DNA of 64,000 bases from Candidatus Cloacimonadales bacterium (lineage in GTDB: Bacteria > Cloacimonadota > Cloacimonadia > Cloacimonadales > JAFGVF01), in assembly GCA_963667035.1 (NCBI GenBank), contig OY762964.1:448001-512000 (forward strand), given 5' to 3'. Shown one piece after another: positions 11,177 through 22,669 of the stretch (positions are counted from its first letter, which is position 1; the number at the start of each line of letters is the position of its first letter). The position numbers and the translations under genes are program-made. Below the pieces are notes generated by a model. It saw only the letters and a list, made by a program, of their open reading frames with translations. It searched no databases and had not been told where the DNA came from.

Positions 11177-11541
11177 CACCTATTCCTCCGTAAAAAATGA
11201 TTCCAATTTGCTAATAGTGTTTTGTTACTCAATGATAGAACAGTGTAACTTGTTTTCCTATGCAATTCTAAGATAGTATCTTATCTAAATACATGTAAAA
11301 TGATTTTTATAAAAATGATGTTTCTAATATATAAATTCAATCTATAGCAAACCAGTATAGATTTTTTAATTATACACTAAGGATTGTCTATGAATTGATG
11401 TCAATGCGTAGAATGAAACTTATTCTCATAAGCAATCCATTAAAGATAAATAAGTGTATTAAATATACAATTTCTTGCTAATAAATTTGACAATCAGAGT
11501 AAGTGACATTTGTTTAGAAAAAATAGGATTAAGGATAGTAA

Positions 11542-12513
11542 ATGAGGAATATTGTTATTACAGGAGCAAATGGGTTTGTGGGAAGTTATCTTGTTAATCT
11601 ATTGGATAAGACTGATGATAATGTGATTGCTCTTGTAAGAAATGGATCTAGAACTGATTTAATAGAGAATCAATCACTAGTCGTAATGGTTGATTATGAA
11701 GATAGTTTGTCACTAACTAACATAATTTCTTCAGCTGATGTAATTGTGCATTGTGCAGGATTAACAAAAGCTAGAAGACAATCAGACTATCAGAAAGTAA
11801 ATGTTGGGTTAACAAAGAAGTTTGTTGAGATTGTAAACTCATTAGAGAGAAGAATACAGTTTATCCTTTTGAGTTCTCAGGCAGCAGCCGGGATGGCTAC
11901 TAAAGGTAGATTGAAAAAAGAAGAAGATGATTGTAAACCACTTACTTTCTATGGACAAAGCAAGTTGGATGCTGAAGAATATGTAAGATCAGACTGCAAT
12001 CAACCTTGGACTATAATACGTCCGGTTTCTGTTTATGGACCTGGAGATAAAGATTTTTTTGAATACTTTAAATTGGTAGAGTCGCATCTTGGATTGGTTA
12101 TTGGGCATAATAAACTAGCTAATTTTGTTTTCGTAAAAGAGCTCTGTGAATTTATTATGTTATCTATAGGTAATAAAAAAGCATATAATGAACTATTCTT
12201 TGTTAATGACGGGAAAGCATATTTTCAAGAGGATTTTGTTGATACCCTTTCAGAGGTTATGGGCGGATATATGATTAAGATACATATACCTGAGATTACC
12301 CTTTATCCTGTTGCTATTATTTCCGAAGTGATTTCTTTCTTTACCGATAAAGCAGTGCTGATTAATCTACAGAAAGTTAAAGAATTTAAAGGTGAAAACT
12401 GGCTTTGTAGTATCGATAAAGCTAGAAGTATATTAGGATATAAGCCATGTCCTAATTTAAAAAAGAATATTGAAGATACCTTGAATTGGTATAAGGAAAA
12501 CGAATGGTTGTAA
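11542..12513 (+). CDS. NAD-dependent epimerase/dehydratase (extended SDR)
   Basis: ITGANGFVG, HCAG, SSQAA, YGQSK, RPVSVYGP. Confidence 0.9.
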   Translation: MRNIVITGANGFVGSYLVNLLDKTDDNVIALVRNGSRTDLIENQSLVVMVDYEDSLSLTNIISSADVIVHCAGLTKARRQSDYQKVNVGLTKKFVEIVNSLERRIQFILLSSQAAAGMATKGRLKKEEDDCKPLTFYGQSKLDAEEYVRSDCNQPWTIIRPVSVYGPGDKDFFEYFKLVESHLGLVIGHNKLANFVFVKELCEFIMLSIGNKKAYNELFFVNDGKAYFQEDFVDTLSEVMGGYMIKIHIPEITLYPVAIISEVISFFTDKAVLINLQKVKEFKGENWLCSIDKARSILGYKPCPNLKKNIEDTLNWYKENEWL

Positions 12514-14462
12514 GAAAGCTTTTAACATTAATTATAGTACTTTATTCATATACAGTTTTTTCTCAAGAAGTTCCATCATTTGTCCCATCTCACCCTGTAA
12601 ACAATTTATACATAGTTGTTGAAGATGAGGATTTTACTTTTCCTATTCCGCCTATGTTTAAAGCTATTATAACAGTGGAAGCGGATAGTACAGTCTCCTA
12701 TGTAAACATACTTAACAAGGAGTATTCTGATAAAGAAGACTGGAAAACGGAGATAATGACATGGAAGTTTTATCCTGCAATGCAGGATAGTGTTCAAGTG
12801 CAGTCAAATGAATTATTTGAGATTCAATTACTATCGAAGAAAGAAGAGATTAAGGAAAAGAGTAAAGTAGGGTTCAAATTGAATGAAACTAAAGCAAGGA
12901 TAGTTGAATTTGCTAATAAGGATATAAGAAATTATTACGATAACTTGAGTTTGTTAAATCCGGGAGTATATGTTTCAAATCTGCATTTTGCGTCACCCTT
13001 GATAAATGAAATGATTATTACAGAGGATTCTTTTACTACTCTTTCTGATATAACTACACCATTGTTTAGATTTAAGACAGGTTTTAGTGGAACTAGACTA
13101 AAAAGAGTTGGGGATTACTATGAACAGAATCAACCGTATTATCCATACCAGCCTGCATTGACAACTATATATGCAGGAATGGGTGAGAATGATCATAATA
13201 TTGCAGTAATCGGATTTATGAAAAACAACATTCTTGATATCAAAGACCTGTATGTTAGAGCTGATATGCATTTTGAATATGGTTTTTGGGGTAATGCTAT
13301 AGAAACAACAGGTAATAATAAGTTTACAGTTGGTTATAAAAGCAAGATTGGTGACGTAACATTGAAATATAAGCGTTTGAATCAAGAGATACCATCCATT
13401 AACATAATGCCTGTTTATAAACTTGGCACTTATGATGTTACAAGTCAAAGAGGATATGTAATGTCTTCAGTGTTTAAAAGTAAATACTTTCTGCTTGGAT
13501 ACCAAGAAACAAACAAAAAGTTTAAAATTCTGGAAGAGGATGGTTCTAAATTTAAAGATGTATCTAAGCAGTATCTAACCGGAATAAAGTACGAACATGA
13601 TGCGTTAGCATCCTCATTGAATTATGAATATGTTGATAGGAAAACGAATTATGATGTAGTCGAATTGTATCAAGATAGCCCCGATTCAAAGCATATTCTT
13701 TCATTTAAATCAATTGTGAATACAAAATATCTTAAGTATGAAAGAATCCTTCTTTATAAAATGGAGCCCAAACAGTTAAACTATCAAAACGAATTGCATC
13801 TCCCTATTGCAAAATGGTTACAATTAAGAGGTGAGTACACATATAGAGAAAGAGATAGACATGAAACTAGTGTTGGAGTGGATTCATTGAATTACAAAGA
13901 AAGCTTCGAAGATTACACTGAAGCTTATAACAAACAGAAATGGGGTGGAGGTTTAGCTTTCAATTTCCCAATGCTAAGTATAGAAGCTCTATCCGGAATG
14001 AAGAAGACATATAACTTTCAACAAGACCAGATAGGTGAAGAAGTTGAAATCAAAGAATTTGATAGAGAGGATCTTTACATATCATTAAAAGCTTCTCTGA
14101 GGTGGAAGTTGAATGATGTGGATTTTACATTATCTAACAACACAAACTATCAGAAAAAAATTAACGAGTTATTTTACTATCCGGAGATACAATCAAGAAC
14201 ATCAATGCAAGCTAGGAAGCAATTAGAGCATGACAACGCATTGAAGACAGGTGTAAACAGTGTTTATATATCGGGTTATTTAAGTGAGAGAGGAGTAACG
14301 TCAGAGTATCTAATTGTAGATTGGTATTTTGGTTTTGAGATTTCTAAACTGTTTGAATTAAGAGGTTACATAAAGAATGTACTGAATGAACTGGATATTC
14401 TGAGAAGAGATTTAATACCTAGGACCTATATGGCAACTATGCAGTGGAACTTCATTAATTAA
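12504..14462 (+). CDS. Hypothetical outer membrane beta-barrel (putative porin-like)
   Basis: Signal peptide; amphipathic aromatic-rich strands; C-terminal QWNFIN; overlaps the epimerase stop. Confidence 0.55.
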   Translation: MVVRKLLTLIIVLYSYTVFSQEVPSFVPSHPVNNLYIVVEDEDFTFPIPPMFKAIITVEADSTVSYVNILNKEYSDKEDWKTEIMTWKFYPAMQDSVQVQSNELFEIQLLSKKEEIKEKSKVGFKLNETKARIVEFANKDIRNYYDNLSLLNPGVYVSNLHFASPLINEMIITEDSFTTLSDITTPLFRFKTGFSGTRLKRVGDYYEQNQPYYPYQPALTTIYAGMGENDHNIAVIGFMKNNILDIKDLYVRADMHFEYGFWGNAIETTGNNKFTVGYKSKIGDVTLKYKRLNQEIPSINIMPVYKLGTYDVTSQRGYVMSSVFKSKYFLLGYQETNKKFKILEEDGSKFKDVSKQYLTGIKYEHDALASSLNYEYVDRKTNYDVVELYQDSPDSKHILSFKSIVNTKYLKYERILLYKMEPKQLNYQNELHLPIAKWLQLRGEYTYRERDRHETSVGVDSLNYKESFEDYTEAYNKQKWGGGLAFNFPMLSIEALSGMKKTYNFQQDQIGEEVEIKEFDREDLYISLKASLRWKLNDVDFTLSNNTNYQKKINELFYYPEIQSRTSMQARKQLEHDNALKTGVNSVYISGYLSERGVTSEYLIVDWYFGFEISKLFELRGYIKNVLNELDILRRDLIPRTYMATMQWNFIN

Positions 14463-14571
14463 AATAATATAGAAAATGATATTTTAAATAGTGTTAACAA
14501 TAGATATTTTTCTTGCCCCTCTTTACTAAGTTGTAAAGTTGGGTAATAATATAAATCAAAGGAGATATAAA

Positions 14572-15573
14572 ATGGGTTTCAATCTTCGTAACAGACATTT
14601 TCTTACTCTCTTGGATTTTACTCCAAAAGAGATTAATTTTCTGCTCGACCTTTCAGCTAATTTAAAAGAGGCAAAATACACTGGTACAGAGCAACCACGT
14701 CTTCAAGGAAAAAACATTGCCCTTATCTTTGAAAAAGCTTCTACCCGTACAAGATGTGCTTTTGAAGTTGCAGCTTACGACCAAGGAGCTCATGTAACAT
14801 ATCTTGGCCCTTCAGGAAGCCAGATTGGTTATAAAGAATCTATTGCAGATACTGCTAGAGTACTTGGTAGAATGTATGATGGTATTGAGTATCGCGGATA
14901 TGGTCAAGAAGTTGTTGAAGCTTTAGCTGAGCATTCAGGTGTTGTTGTTTGGAATGGCTTGACTACAGAGGATCATCCAACTCAGATACTTGCAGATTTT
15001 CTTACAATTAAAGAACACCTCAAGAAACCGCTTGAAGATGTTATCTTTACTTATGCAGGAGATGGTAGAAATAATATGGCTAATGGTCTGATGATTGGAG
15101 CAGCTAAAGTTGGTATGGACTTTAGAATAGTTACTCCAAAATCTCTTTTCCCTGACGAAAAGCTTGTTGTACAATGCAGAGAAATTGCCAAAGAAACAGG
15201 TGCAAAAATTACTATTACTGAAGATGTTGCTGCAGGTGTAAAAGATACAGATGTTATCTATACTGATGTGTGGGTATCAATGGGAGAGCCAAAAGAAGTT
15301 TGGAAAGAAAGAATAGAACTCTTAACTCCTTATCAGGTTAATGCTGAGATGATGTCTCTTACAGGAAAACCTAACACCTTATTCATGCATTGCTTACCAG
15401 CATTCCATGACTTTACAACTACTCTTGCAAAGGAACTTAAAGAAAACAATGGTTTGGATTGTAGAGAAGTTACTGATGATGTCTTTGAAAGTGCTAACTC
15501 TGTTGTCTTCGACGAGGCTGAAAACAGAATGCATACTATCAAAGCAGTAATGGTTGCAACTCTTGGTGACTAA
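14572..15573 (+). CDS. argF: Ornithine carbamoyltransferase
   Basis: [29 protein letters not shown] motifs; AGGAG RBS before ATG 14572. Confidence 0.95.
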   Translation: MGFNLRNRHFLTLLDFTPKEINFLLDLSANLKEAKYTGTEQPRLQGKNIALIFEKASTRTRCAFEVAAYDQGAHVTYLGPSGSQIGYKESIADTARVLGRMYDGIEYRGYGQEVVEALAEHSGVVVWNGLTTEDHPTQILADFLTIKEHLKKPLEDVIFTYAGDGRNNMANGLMIGAAKVGMDFRIVTPKSLFPDEKLVVQCREIAKETGAKITITEDVAAGVKDTDVIYTDVWVSMGEPKEVWKERIELLTPYQVNAEMMSLTGKPNTLFMHCLPAFHDFTTTLAKELKENNGLDCREVTDDVFESANSVVFDEAENRMHTIKAVMVATLGD

Positions 15574-15597
15574 TAGAAAATACTAATAGATATTCAT

Positions 15598-15623
15598 AAG
15601 CTCCCTTAATCGGGAGCTTTTTT
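15598..15623 (+). terminator. Rho-independent terminator
   Basis: AAGCTCCC-TTAATC-GGGAGCTT followed by a T run. Confidence 0.85.
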
Positions 15624-15872
15624 GATTTTCTCATTTCTGTTGTTTACTACTAACATAAAGACAGTGACAACAAAATAACACAAATTAGTTAACTGACTCA
15701 ATCAAATAGAATCAAAGCAGATCTTATCATTTTCTTATAGTTTGCTCAAATACTCAATGAAACTTTACATATATACATAAATCAGGGAAAAACACCCGAT
15801 TGGAACAATTATTACATTTTAAGAATTTCGGTTAGTCTAATTGGGAAATGTGAGTTAAATAAACATTAGATA

Positions 15873-18800
15873 ATGAGAGGTTATGAAATGTGTAAAAAGA
15901 TCACGTTTTTTGTTCCCATCTTTTTGATTTTTTGGATAGGGTCATTGATAGCAAGTAATGATATTGCTTATGAGAACAGTAACAAGAACTCTTTTGAAAT
16001 TCTGGAATCCAGTGAGTCAGGACTAAAGATTAAATTCTCTTTACCGGAATATGAATTACAGACAGATAGGGCTTCCAGAGGAGCGGTTAAGATTATTAAA
16101 TCAGAATCTGTAACCAAAGCTTCTATTCCCGGAGTTAATGAAGTACCACTTTATACAACAACAGTTGCAATTCCCAATACGGGTAGTGTCGAATTGGAGA
16201 TATTGAGTCAGGAAACAGAATCAATTAATTTACCTTTTCTTCATTCTAAATTCGGTGATAGTAGCAGTGAAGTTATTGATCCTCTTACTGACTTGCGACT
16301 AGAAACCGGTAAGCTTTCATCTCCTGCCATCATCAGAGATTTGAGAGTTGTTAACCTGACTCTTTCTCCTTTTAAATATAACGTTGAAGAGGATAAACTG
16401 GAAGTATTAAAGGAAGTTACTTATAAATTAAACTATAAGCAAGACAGAGGTAATAATGAGTTAGTACGAAATGATAATACAATATCATCTTCTTTTATAC
16501 CTCTATATCGTTCTTTAGTTAGTAACTTTGATTTAATTTCTGACAGATATGAAATTGACTACAATAAGAGATTACTAATCGTTTATGGTAACTCGACAAA
16601 TGACCAATATATGGATAAATTAGATGAGTTTATCCGTTGGAAGAAACAGAAAGGTTATTCAGTAACGTATGCTTCCACTCAAACAACCGGTACAACTACA
16701 GGATCAATTAAAAGTTATATTCAAAGTAAGTATAACAACCACTATACAAGACCTGATTATGTGCTATTAATAGGTGATGTAACCGGTTCCTTATCTATCC
16801 CATGTTGGCAAGTCTATAATGGGGATTCTGACTATCCATTTACCCAGTTAGCAGGTGGAGATGATCTTGGAGATGTATTTATTGGGCGTATGCCTGCTGA
16901 AAATGTTACAGATTTTCTTACAATGGCAGAAAAAGTGTTTGTTTATGAGAGAGATCTAGTACCTATGCCTCCTGCGGCTACTGCTTGGTACAATAGAATG
17001 CTTTTAGTAGCAGATACAGCACCTTCAGGACAATCCTGTCAGTATGTGAATTACTATGCAAGACAGGTTTCCGAAATGGTTAATCCGGATTATGACTATG
17101 TAGAACTATATGCTGCACAGCCTTCTGCTCAAACTATGACAGCAACAATAAATCAAGGTGTATCTTTCTTTAACTATAGAGGACATATTAACATGAGTTA
17201 TTGGGATATGCCTTCAGAGGGTGAATACACTAATGCTAATAGATTACCGCATTGTGTTATAAATACTTGTGCTACAGGTAACTTTGGAAGTACCGATGTT
17301 TCTGATAGCTTTGTCAGATTCGGTTCGCCCGCTCTACCTAAAGGAGGTCTTACAGCTATTGGTATGGCTACCTCCGATACTCACACAATGCTTAATAATG
17401 TTCTGAGTTCCGGAACATTTGAAGGTATATTTGTTCATGGTATGCGTGATATGAGTGCTCCTTTACTACATTCTAAATGGTTACTATATTTTGTTTATCA
17501 TGATTTGTTACCTGTAAAGGCTGTAGAGTTTCCGGGATGGTGTAACCTGATGGGTGATCCTACTGTAGAAGTATTTGTCGGAGATCCCGAGAGTTTAAGT
17601 GTGCAATATCGTGAGAGCGTAAGAAATAGCGATACTGTATATTCTGTGAAAGTAAATGATGCTGATGGAAATGATGTAAATGATGCTTGTGTAACAATTC
17701 TCTATAATAATACACAGCTTATCGCTTATACTAATACTAGTGGTATTGCGACCTTGTCACTTCCAAGTAATATGAATGTTGGTGAAGATTTTACTTTAAC
17801 CGTCTCTAAACACGATTTTATTCCTGTTATAAGAACAATTGATATCAATGCTGAGAGTGTTTTAAGAATAGTTAATGCTAATTTTAATGATTCAAACAGT
17901 GGCAATGGAGATTCAATTGTTAACGCCGGTGAGCAAATCGAGCTTAATGTTGAATTCGAAAACATAAGTGATAGTAGTTATGCTCAGTCACAGCTAACAT
18001 TAACAACTGAAGATTCCTACTTAACAGTTAACAATGGTAACTCTCAGTTATCAGCAATTGCTGCTGGAAATACAGCTACCAACTCAACTCCATTTACAAT
18101 AACCATAGATCCCAATACTCCTGATGAGCATCTCGGAGAATTGATAATAAGTGATGGTGTTAATTCTTTCTCTACAAGAATCGAGATTCTTAATGGTGTA
18201 ATGGAAGTTACAAGTTTTCAGATATTCGATAATAATGGTGTGCTCGATATTGACGAACAAGTAAACATCTTACTTAACTTAGAGAATACCGGTTCACATG
18301 TGTTAAATGGTATTGTTGTTGAACTTAGCTCTGAATCAGAATTAGTTTATTTCCCTGACGGCAGTGCTTTTTTTGGAAATGCCCAACCGGGTCAAACATT
18401 ATCTAACATTACAGACGGTATCACAATTGGAACTAGAGTTGAATTCTTAACAGGGACAGATGTACATCTTAATGCTAGAATTACAGATAATAATGGATAT
18501 GTACAAGATAGAGAAATAGTTATTGCCGGCAGTACTCCGGGAGTAGGAAATCCATCCGGACCTGATTCTTTTGGACACTTCATTTATCATAGTAGTGATA
18601 CGAACTGGAGTGATGCTCCTGAATACGACTGGATAGAAATAGCTACTCACCAGAATGGTGACGGAACTCAGATATATCTTACCGATACATCACATGATGA
18701 TGATAATAGTGATTTTGTAGATATAGTTGCTTTTGGTAATGCCCAACTTCCATTCGATTTCACTTTCTATGGTGTGGATTATGATGAAGTCTATATATGC

Positions 18801-20816
18801 TCTAACGGGTTCATCAGTTTCGTCCCTACAGAGTTAAGTACTTCAAGAAATCTACCTTTACCAGGTCCTATGACACCTGATCCTATAATTGCTCCTTTCT
18901 GGGATAATCTTGAAGTACATTCTGATGGAGGAGTATTCCATAAATATGACAGTGTAAATCACATATTTATCATAGAATGGTACAACATGAAGAATAGTTA
19001 TAATACATCCTATTCTGAAACATTTGAAATAATACTTTATGATCCTGAGTACTATCCAACATCAACAGGTGATGGAAAAGTTAAAATTCAATATCAGGAA
19101 TTTCATGATATTGATGCAGGAGATGCAGCTAGTTATACACCCGGTCATGGGCAATATTGTACTGTAGGTATTGGTGATCATACCGGACTGGACGGATTAA
19201 CATATTTGTTTGATCAAAGTTACCTTTCAACGGCACAACCTATCACCAATAATTGTGCTCTCATCATAACCGGTGAACCCTATGTCACTATTGCTCCTGT
19301 TTTAGATATTGATGATTACAATTATTCGGAGACTAATGGCAATGGGTTCATCGAACCGGGTGAGAGTGTGCAGTTAGGTATCACAATTACAAACAGTGGT
19401 ACTGCTAATGCTGAGAATGTTACTGCTACTTTGACTTCCGGTAGTCCTTATGTTACAATTCAAGATAATAGCATTGAATCTATTTCCGTCTTAATTGATC
19501 AAGTTGTTGTTACTGAAACCGGATTTGAGATTAGCATAGATTCACATACACCACTTGAACAGGAAATACCAATAAATATAAGTCTTACCAATGGAGTTGA
19601 TACTTGGGATAAAGATATGAGTTTGTTGGTTACAGCTCCAATGTTGGAACACTTTAGTTATAGGATTTCAGATTATGAGGATGGTAATGGTAATGGTATT
19701 CCTAATTCGGGAGAAACATTCTACTTCGTACAAGAAGTTGTAAACTACGGTAATGTAGATATTCAAGACATAGATGTTTCAATATCTTCTGATAATAATG
19801 GTGTAGTAATTGGAGACTGTACTGATAATATTTATAGAATACCGGCTCAATCAAGTACGCAAGTTTGGTTTGAAATTACTCTTCCTAACAACCTGAATGC
19901 AGGAGACGAGATTCAATTACAAACAACTTATACAAAAACTGATTGGTTCGCAGATAGTTATACCGCTACTCTTGAGGTTGATGTACATACATATCAAAGT
20001 GCAGGAGTTATAAGTGGTATTGTAAACGTAGACCATCCTGACGCAGTTGTTGAAGATGGTTTAATAAAAATTAATAATAGCGGTGCTTTAATAGATGAGA
20101 ATGGTTACTATAAGATGTTTGCAGGAAGTGGAACCTATTCTATTAAAGCGTTAATAAATCATTACATTCCAATAACTATAGAGGATGTTGAGCTTACTGT
20201 AAGCAATGATATGATTACTAGTGATATCGATTTTACTCCGGTACCATTACCCATAGCTAACCAACTTAATGGAGTAATCAGCTATCCTAATCTGACATTG
20301 ACTTGGCAGGAACCTCAAGAATCCGATTATGAGTGCTTGGGATTCAATGTATATAAAGCTATAAACGATAGTGAGTATTCCCTTTTGGGCTATACCGAAA
20401 ACAACGAATATGTAGATGTTCTAAATAATGGAGAAAACTATTTCTATCGTGTTGAAGCTGTTTATTCTATAGGAACAAGTTTCTTATCTGAAGTTTACAC
20501 TTGTAGTACAGGAGCAAATGATAACAATCAAACAGCTCTTGTAACAAAATTAAATGGAAACTATCCTAATCCTTTCAATCCAGTCACAAATATCTCTTAC
20601 AGTATCTCAGGAAAGACACATGTAAAAGTCGATATCTTTAATATAAGAGGTCAGCATGTTCAATCACTTGTTAATGAAGTTCAACCTACAGGCAACTATG
20701 TAGTAAGCTGGGAGGGTTTAAATAAAGACGGTGAGGAATGTGCTTCCGGATTATATTTATACAAATTAGAAACAGACAATTCGATCTCAATGAGAAAGGC
20801 TATGCTTATTAAGTAA
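15873..20816 (+). CDS. C25 (gingipain-family) cysteine peptidase with Ig-like/nidogen-like domains and CTD
   Basis: Propeptide; WKKQKG; YVLLIGD; IGRMPA; NYRGH and NTCATG; NLMGDP; GNYPNPFNP...SGLYLYK...KAMLIK. Start may be 15888. Confidence 0.88.
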   Translation: MRGYEMCKKITFFVPIFLIFWIGSLIASNDIAYENSNKNSFEILESSESGLKIKFSLPEYELQTDRASRGAVKIIKSESVTKASIPGVNEVPLYTTTVAIPNTGSVELEILSQETESINLPFLHSKFGDSSSEVIDPLTDLRLETGKLSSPAIIRDLRVVNLTLSPFKYNVEEDKLEVLKEVTYKLNYKQDRGNNELVRNDNTISSSFIPLYRSLVSNFDLISDRYEIDYNKRLLIVYGNSTNDQYMDKLDEFIRWKKQKGYSVTYASTQTTGTTTGSIKSYIQSKYNNHYTRPDYVLLIGDVTGSLSIPCWQVYNGDSDYPFTQLAGGDDLGDVFIGRMPAENVTDFLTMAEKVFVYERDLVPMPPAATAWYNRMLLVADTAPSGQSCQYVNYYARQVSEMVNPDYDYVELYAAQPSAQTMTATINQGVSFFNYRGHINMSYWDMPSEGEYTNANRLPHCVINTCATGNFGSTDVSDSFVRFGSPALPKGGLTAIGMATSDTHTMLNNVLSSGTFEGIFVHGMRDMSAPLLHSKWLLYFVYHDLLPVKAVEFPGWCNLMGDPTVEVFVGDPESLSVQYRESVRNSDTVYSVKVNDADGNDVNDACVTILYNNTQLIAYTNTSGIATLSLPSNMNVGEDFTLTVSKHDFIPVIRTIDINAESVLRIVNANFNDSNSGNGDSIVNAGEQIELNVEFENISDSSYAQSQLTLTTEDSYLTVNNGNSQLSAIAAGNTATNSTPFTITIDPNTPDEHLGELIISDGVNSFSTRIEILNGVMEVTSFQIFDNNGVLDIDEQVNILLNLENTGSHVLNGIVVELSSESELVYFPDGSAFFGNAQPGQTLSNITDGITIGTRVEFLTGTDVHLNARITDNNGYVQDREIVIAGSTPGVGNPSGPDSFGHFIYHSSDTNWSDAPEYDWIEIATHQNGDGTQIYLTDTSHDDDNSDFVDIVAFGNAQLPFDFTFYGVDYDEVYICSNGFISFVPTELSTSRNLPLPGPMTPDPIIAPFWDNLEVHSDGGVFHKYDSVNHIFIIEWYNMKNSYNTSYSETFEIILYDPEYYPTSTGDGKVKIQYQEFHDIDAGDAASYTPGHGQYCTVGIGDHTGLDGLTYLFDQSYLSTAQPITNNCALIITGEPYVTIAPVLDIDDYNYSETNGNGFIEPGESVQLGITITNSGTANAENVTATLTSGSPYVTIQDNSIESISVLIDQVVVTETGFEISIDSHTPLEQEIPINISLTNGVDTWDKDMSLLVTAPMLEHFSYRISDYEDGNGNGIPNSGETFYFVQEVVNYGNVDIQDIDVSISSDNNGVVIGDCTDNIYRIPAQSSTQVWFEITLPNNLNAGDEIQLQTTYTKTDWFADSYTATLEVDVHTYQSAGVISGIVNVDHPDAVVEDGLIKINNSGALIDENGYYKMFAGSGTYSIKALINHYIPITIEDVELTVSNDMITSDIDFTPVPLPIANQLNGVISYPNLTLTWQEPQESDYECLGFNVYKAINDSEYSLLGYTENNEYVDVLNNGENYFYRVEAVYSIGTSFLSEVYTCSTGANDNNQTALVTKLNGNYPNPFNPVTNISYSISGKTHVKVDIFNIRGQHVQSLVNEVQPTGNYVVSWEGLNKDGEECASGLYLYKLETDNSISMRKAMLIK

Positions 20817-20839
20817 CCTTTCTTGAGGCTAACCACCAG

Positions 20840-20870
20840 AGCCCTGTCCGAAAGGACAGGGCTTATTTTA
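20840..20870 (+). terminator. Terminator of the C25 gene
   Basis: AGCCCTGTCC-GAAA-GGACAGGGCT followed by TATTTTA. Confidence 0.75.
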
Positions 20871-20880
20871 TTCCATAAAG

Positions 20881-20909
20881 AAAAGCCCTTCCCGATATCA
20901 AGAAGGGCT
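20881..20909 (-). terminator. Terminator of pepP-coaD
   Basis: AAA-AGCCCTTC...GAAGGGCT; T tail on the minus strand. Confidence 0.65.
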
Positions 20910-20926
20910 GTTATATAATTATTATA

Positions 20927-21406
20927 CTATTTCTTAAACTTTTTCTCCATTGCTCTTTTCACTGGAGTAGGTACCATATCCATTAGATTGCCACCTGCTT
21001 CTGCAACTTGTCTGATTATAGAGGAAGAGAGATATAAGTATCTATAGCTGGGTATCAAGAAAAAGGTCTCAATACACTTCTCTAGCCTTTTATTAGTTAG
21101 AGCTACAGAAAGCTCAAATTCAAAGTCCGATAGAGCTCTCAAACCTCTTATCATTACTTCGCAGTTGTTTGATTTAGCAAATTCAACAGCTAACCCACCA
21201 AAAGGCATGACTGTAACATTAGGAAGATGAGCACAAGATTGTCTGCATAATTCTGTTCTCTCCTCAAGTGTAAACAAAGTATTTTTACCTGTAACGCCGG
21301 CTACAGCTAAAATTATCTCGTCAAAATGTGTTGATGCCTTTTCCAGTATGTTTATGTGTCCACTTGATATTGGGTCAAAAGTACCAGGATAACATGCACG
21401 CTTCAT
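20927..21406 (-). CDS. coaD: Phosphopantetheine adenylyltransferase
   Basis: YPGTFDP...GH, IRGLRALSDFEFE, LSSS. Confidence 0.95.
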   Translation of the reverse strand: MKRACYPGTFDPISSGHINILEKASTHFDEIILAVAGVTGKNTLFTLEERTELCRQSCAHLPNVTVMPFGGLAVEFAKSNNCEVMIRGLRALSDFEFELSVALTNKRLEKCIETFFLIPSYRYLYLSSSIIRQVAEAGGNLMDMVPTPVKRAMEKKFKK

Positions 21407-21410
21407 ATTA

Positions 21411-22643
21411 TTAACTCAGAGCTTCTTTGCGAATTCTTTCCAATTCTACTGCTTCTTTAGGAATGTTGATTGATAGATTAACATTTCCTGTTTCAGTAAC
21501 TAGAATATCATCTTCTATTCTTACACCTATTGCTTCTTCCGGTATGTACAATCCAGGTTCAACAGTTATAACATTTCCGACTTCGAGGACAGAATCCCTG
21601 GCACCTACATCATGCGTATCAAGACCTAAATGATGACCTATGCTGTGCATATAGTACTTTCTGAAATCCTTAGCGTCTTCAATAAGCTTAAGTTCAAGCA
21701 TAGCATTAGCCAAACCTTCGGAAGCAGCCAGATTGAGGTCTGTCATTGAGACCCCTGGTTTAATCATATCAATAATGTCTTTCTGGACTTTCAATACAGC
21801 GTTGTATACATCAAGTTGGCGGGGAGTAAATTCTCCGCTAATGGGAAAAGTTCTTGTTATGTCAGCACTGTAACCGTTGCAGGCAGCACCTACATCAAGT
21901 AGTACAAGAGTATTCTCGTCAACTACGCAATTGTTTTCTTCATAGTGTAAGGTAGTGGCATTTTTCCCACCTGCGATAATTGGTCTAAAACCCCAATGAC
22001 GGAAACCGTTTGATAGCATTTCATTATAGAGCATGGATTCTAAAGTGTATTCTGCCATACCTACTCTGCTATCATCCATTATCTTCCTAATTCCTTGACC
22101 TGTGATATCGATAGCTTTTTGCATCTGCTCTATTTCCCAAGCATCTTTTACGGAACGAAGAGGAGCGACTATCTTATTAATTCCTTGAAATCGGATATTC
22201 GGATAATGCTTTCTAATTTCCTTTATCCACATAGCAGAACGAGTTAATGGTGTTCCAAGAGGTATCTGAAAATCCTGTGAGTAGATAGTTTTAAAGGCCG
22301 GAGCATAAGCGGAAATGACTCTCTCAAACTCATCCAGATAGTATATGGAATCTATTCCCGAGATTTCAGTAGCTTCTTCTTTATACATCTTGGCACCTTC
22401 CCAAACAATACGTTCAGGGATGTTACGCTCTATAAACAGCATAGTTTGGCTATTTTTGCCAAAGTTTGCTTGAAGCATAATTGCATTAGGGATCTCAAGT
22501 CCGGTAAAGTAGAGGAAATTCTTTTCTTGGATAAAGTGATATATTCCACCGGGTAATGGATTGGCAAAAATTAAGATACCTTCACCCGATTCTAATTTTT
22601 CAAGAGCTTTTTCACGACGTGTAACATACATTTCTTTGTTCAT
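21411..22643 (-). CDS. pepP: Xaa-Pro aminopeptidase (M24B)
   Basis: NFLYFTG, TLHY, LLDVGA...YSADITRT, HSIGHHLGLDTHD, TVEPGLY, GVRIEDD. Confidence 0.92.
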   Translation of the reverse strand: MNKEMYVTRREKALEKLESGEGILIFANPLPGGIYHFIQEKNFLYFTGLEIPNAIMLQANFGKNSQTMLFIERNIPERIVWEGAKMYKEEATEISGIDSIYYLDEFERVISAYAPAFKTIYSQDFQIPLGTPLTRSAMWIKEIRKHYPNIRFQGINKIVAPLRSVKDAWEIEQMQKAIDITGQGIRKIMDDSRVGMAEYTLESMLYNEMLSNGFRHWGFRPIIAGGKNATTLHYEENNCVVDENTLVLLDVGAACNGYSADITRTFPISGEFTPRQLDVYNAVLKVQKDIIDMIKPGVSMTDLNLAASEGLANAMLELKLIEDAKDFRKYYMHSIGHHLGLDTHDVGARDSVLEVGNVITVEPGLYIPEEAIGVRIEDDILVTETGNVNLSINIPKEAVELERIRKEALS

Positions 22644-22669
22644 TTTAACTCCCTTTATTGAGACTGAAA

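Noticed and set aside
20821..20870. Riboswitch suggested by the GAAA tetraloop hairpin
   Set aside because: It lies 3' of a gene between convergent genes and lacks other aptamer motifs; best read as a terminator.
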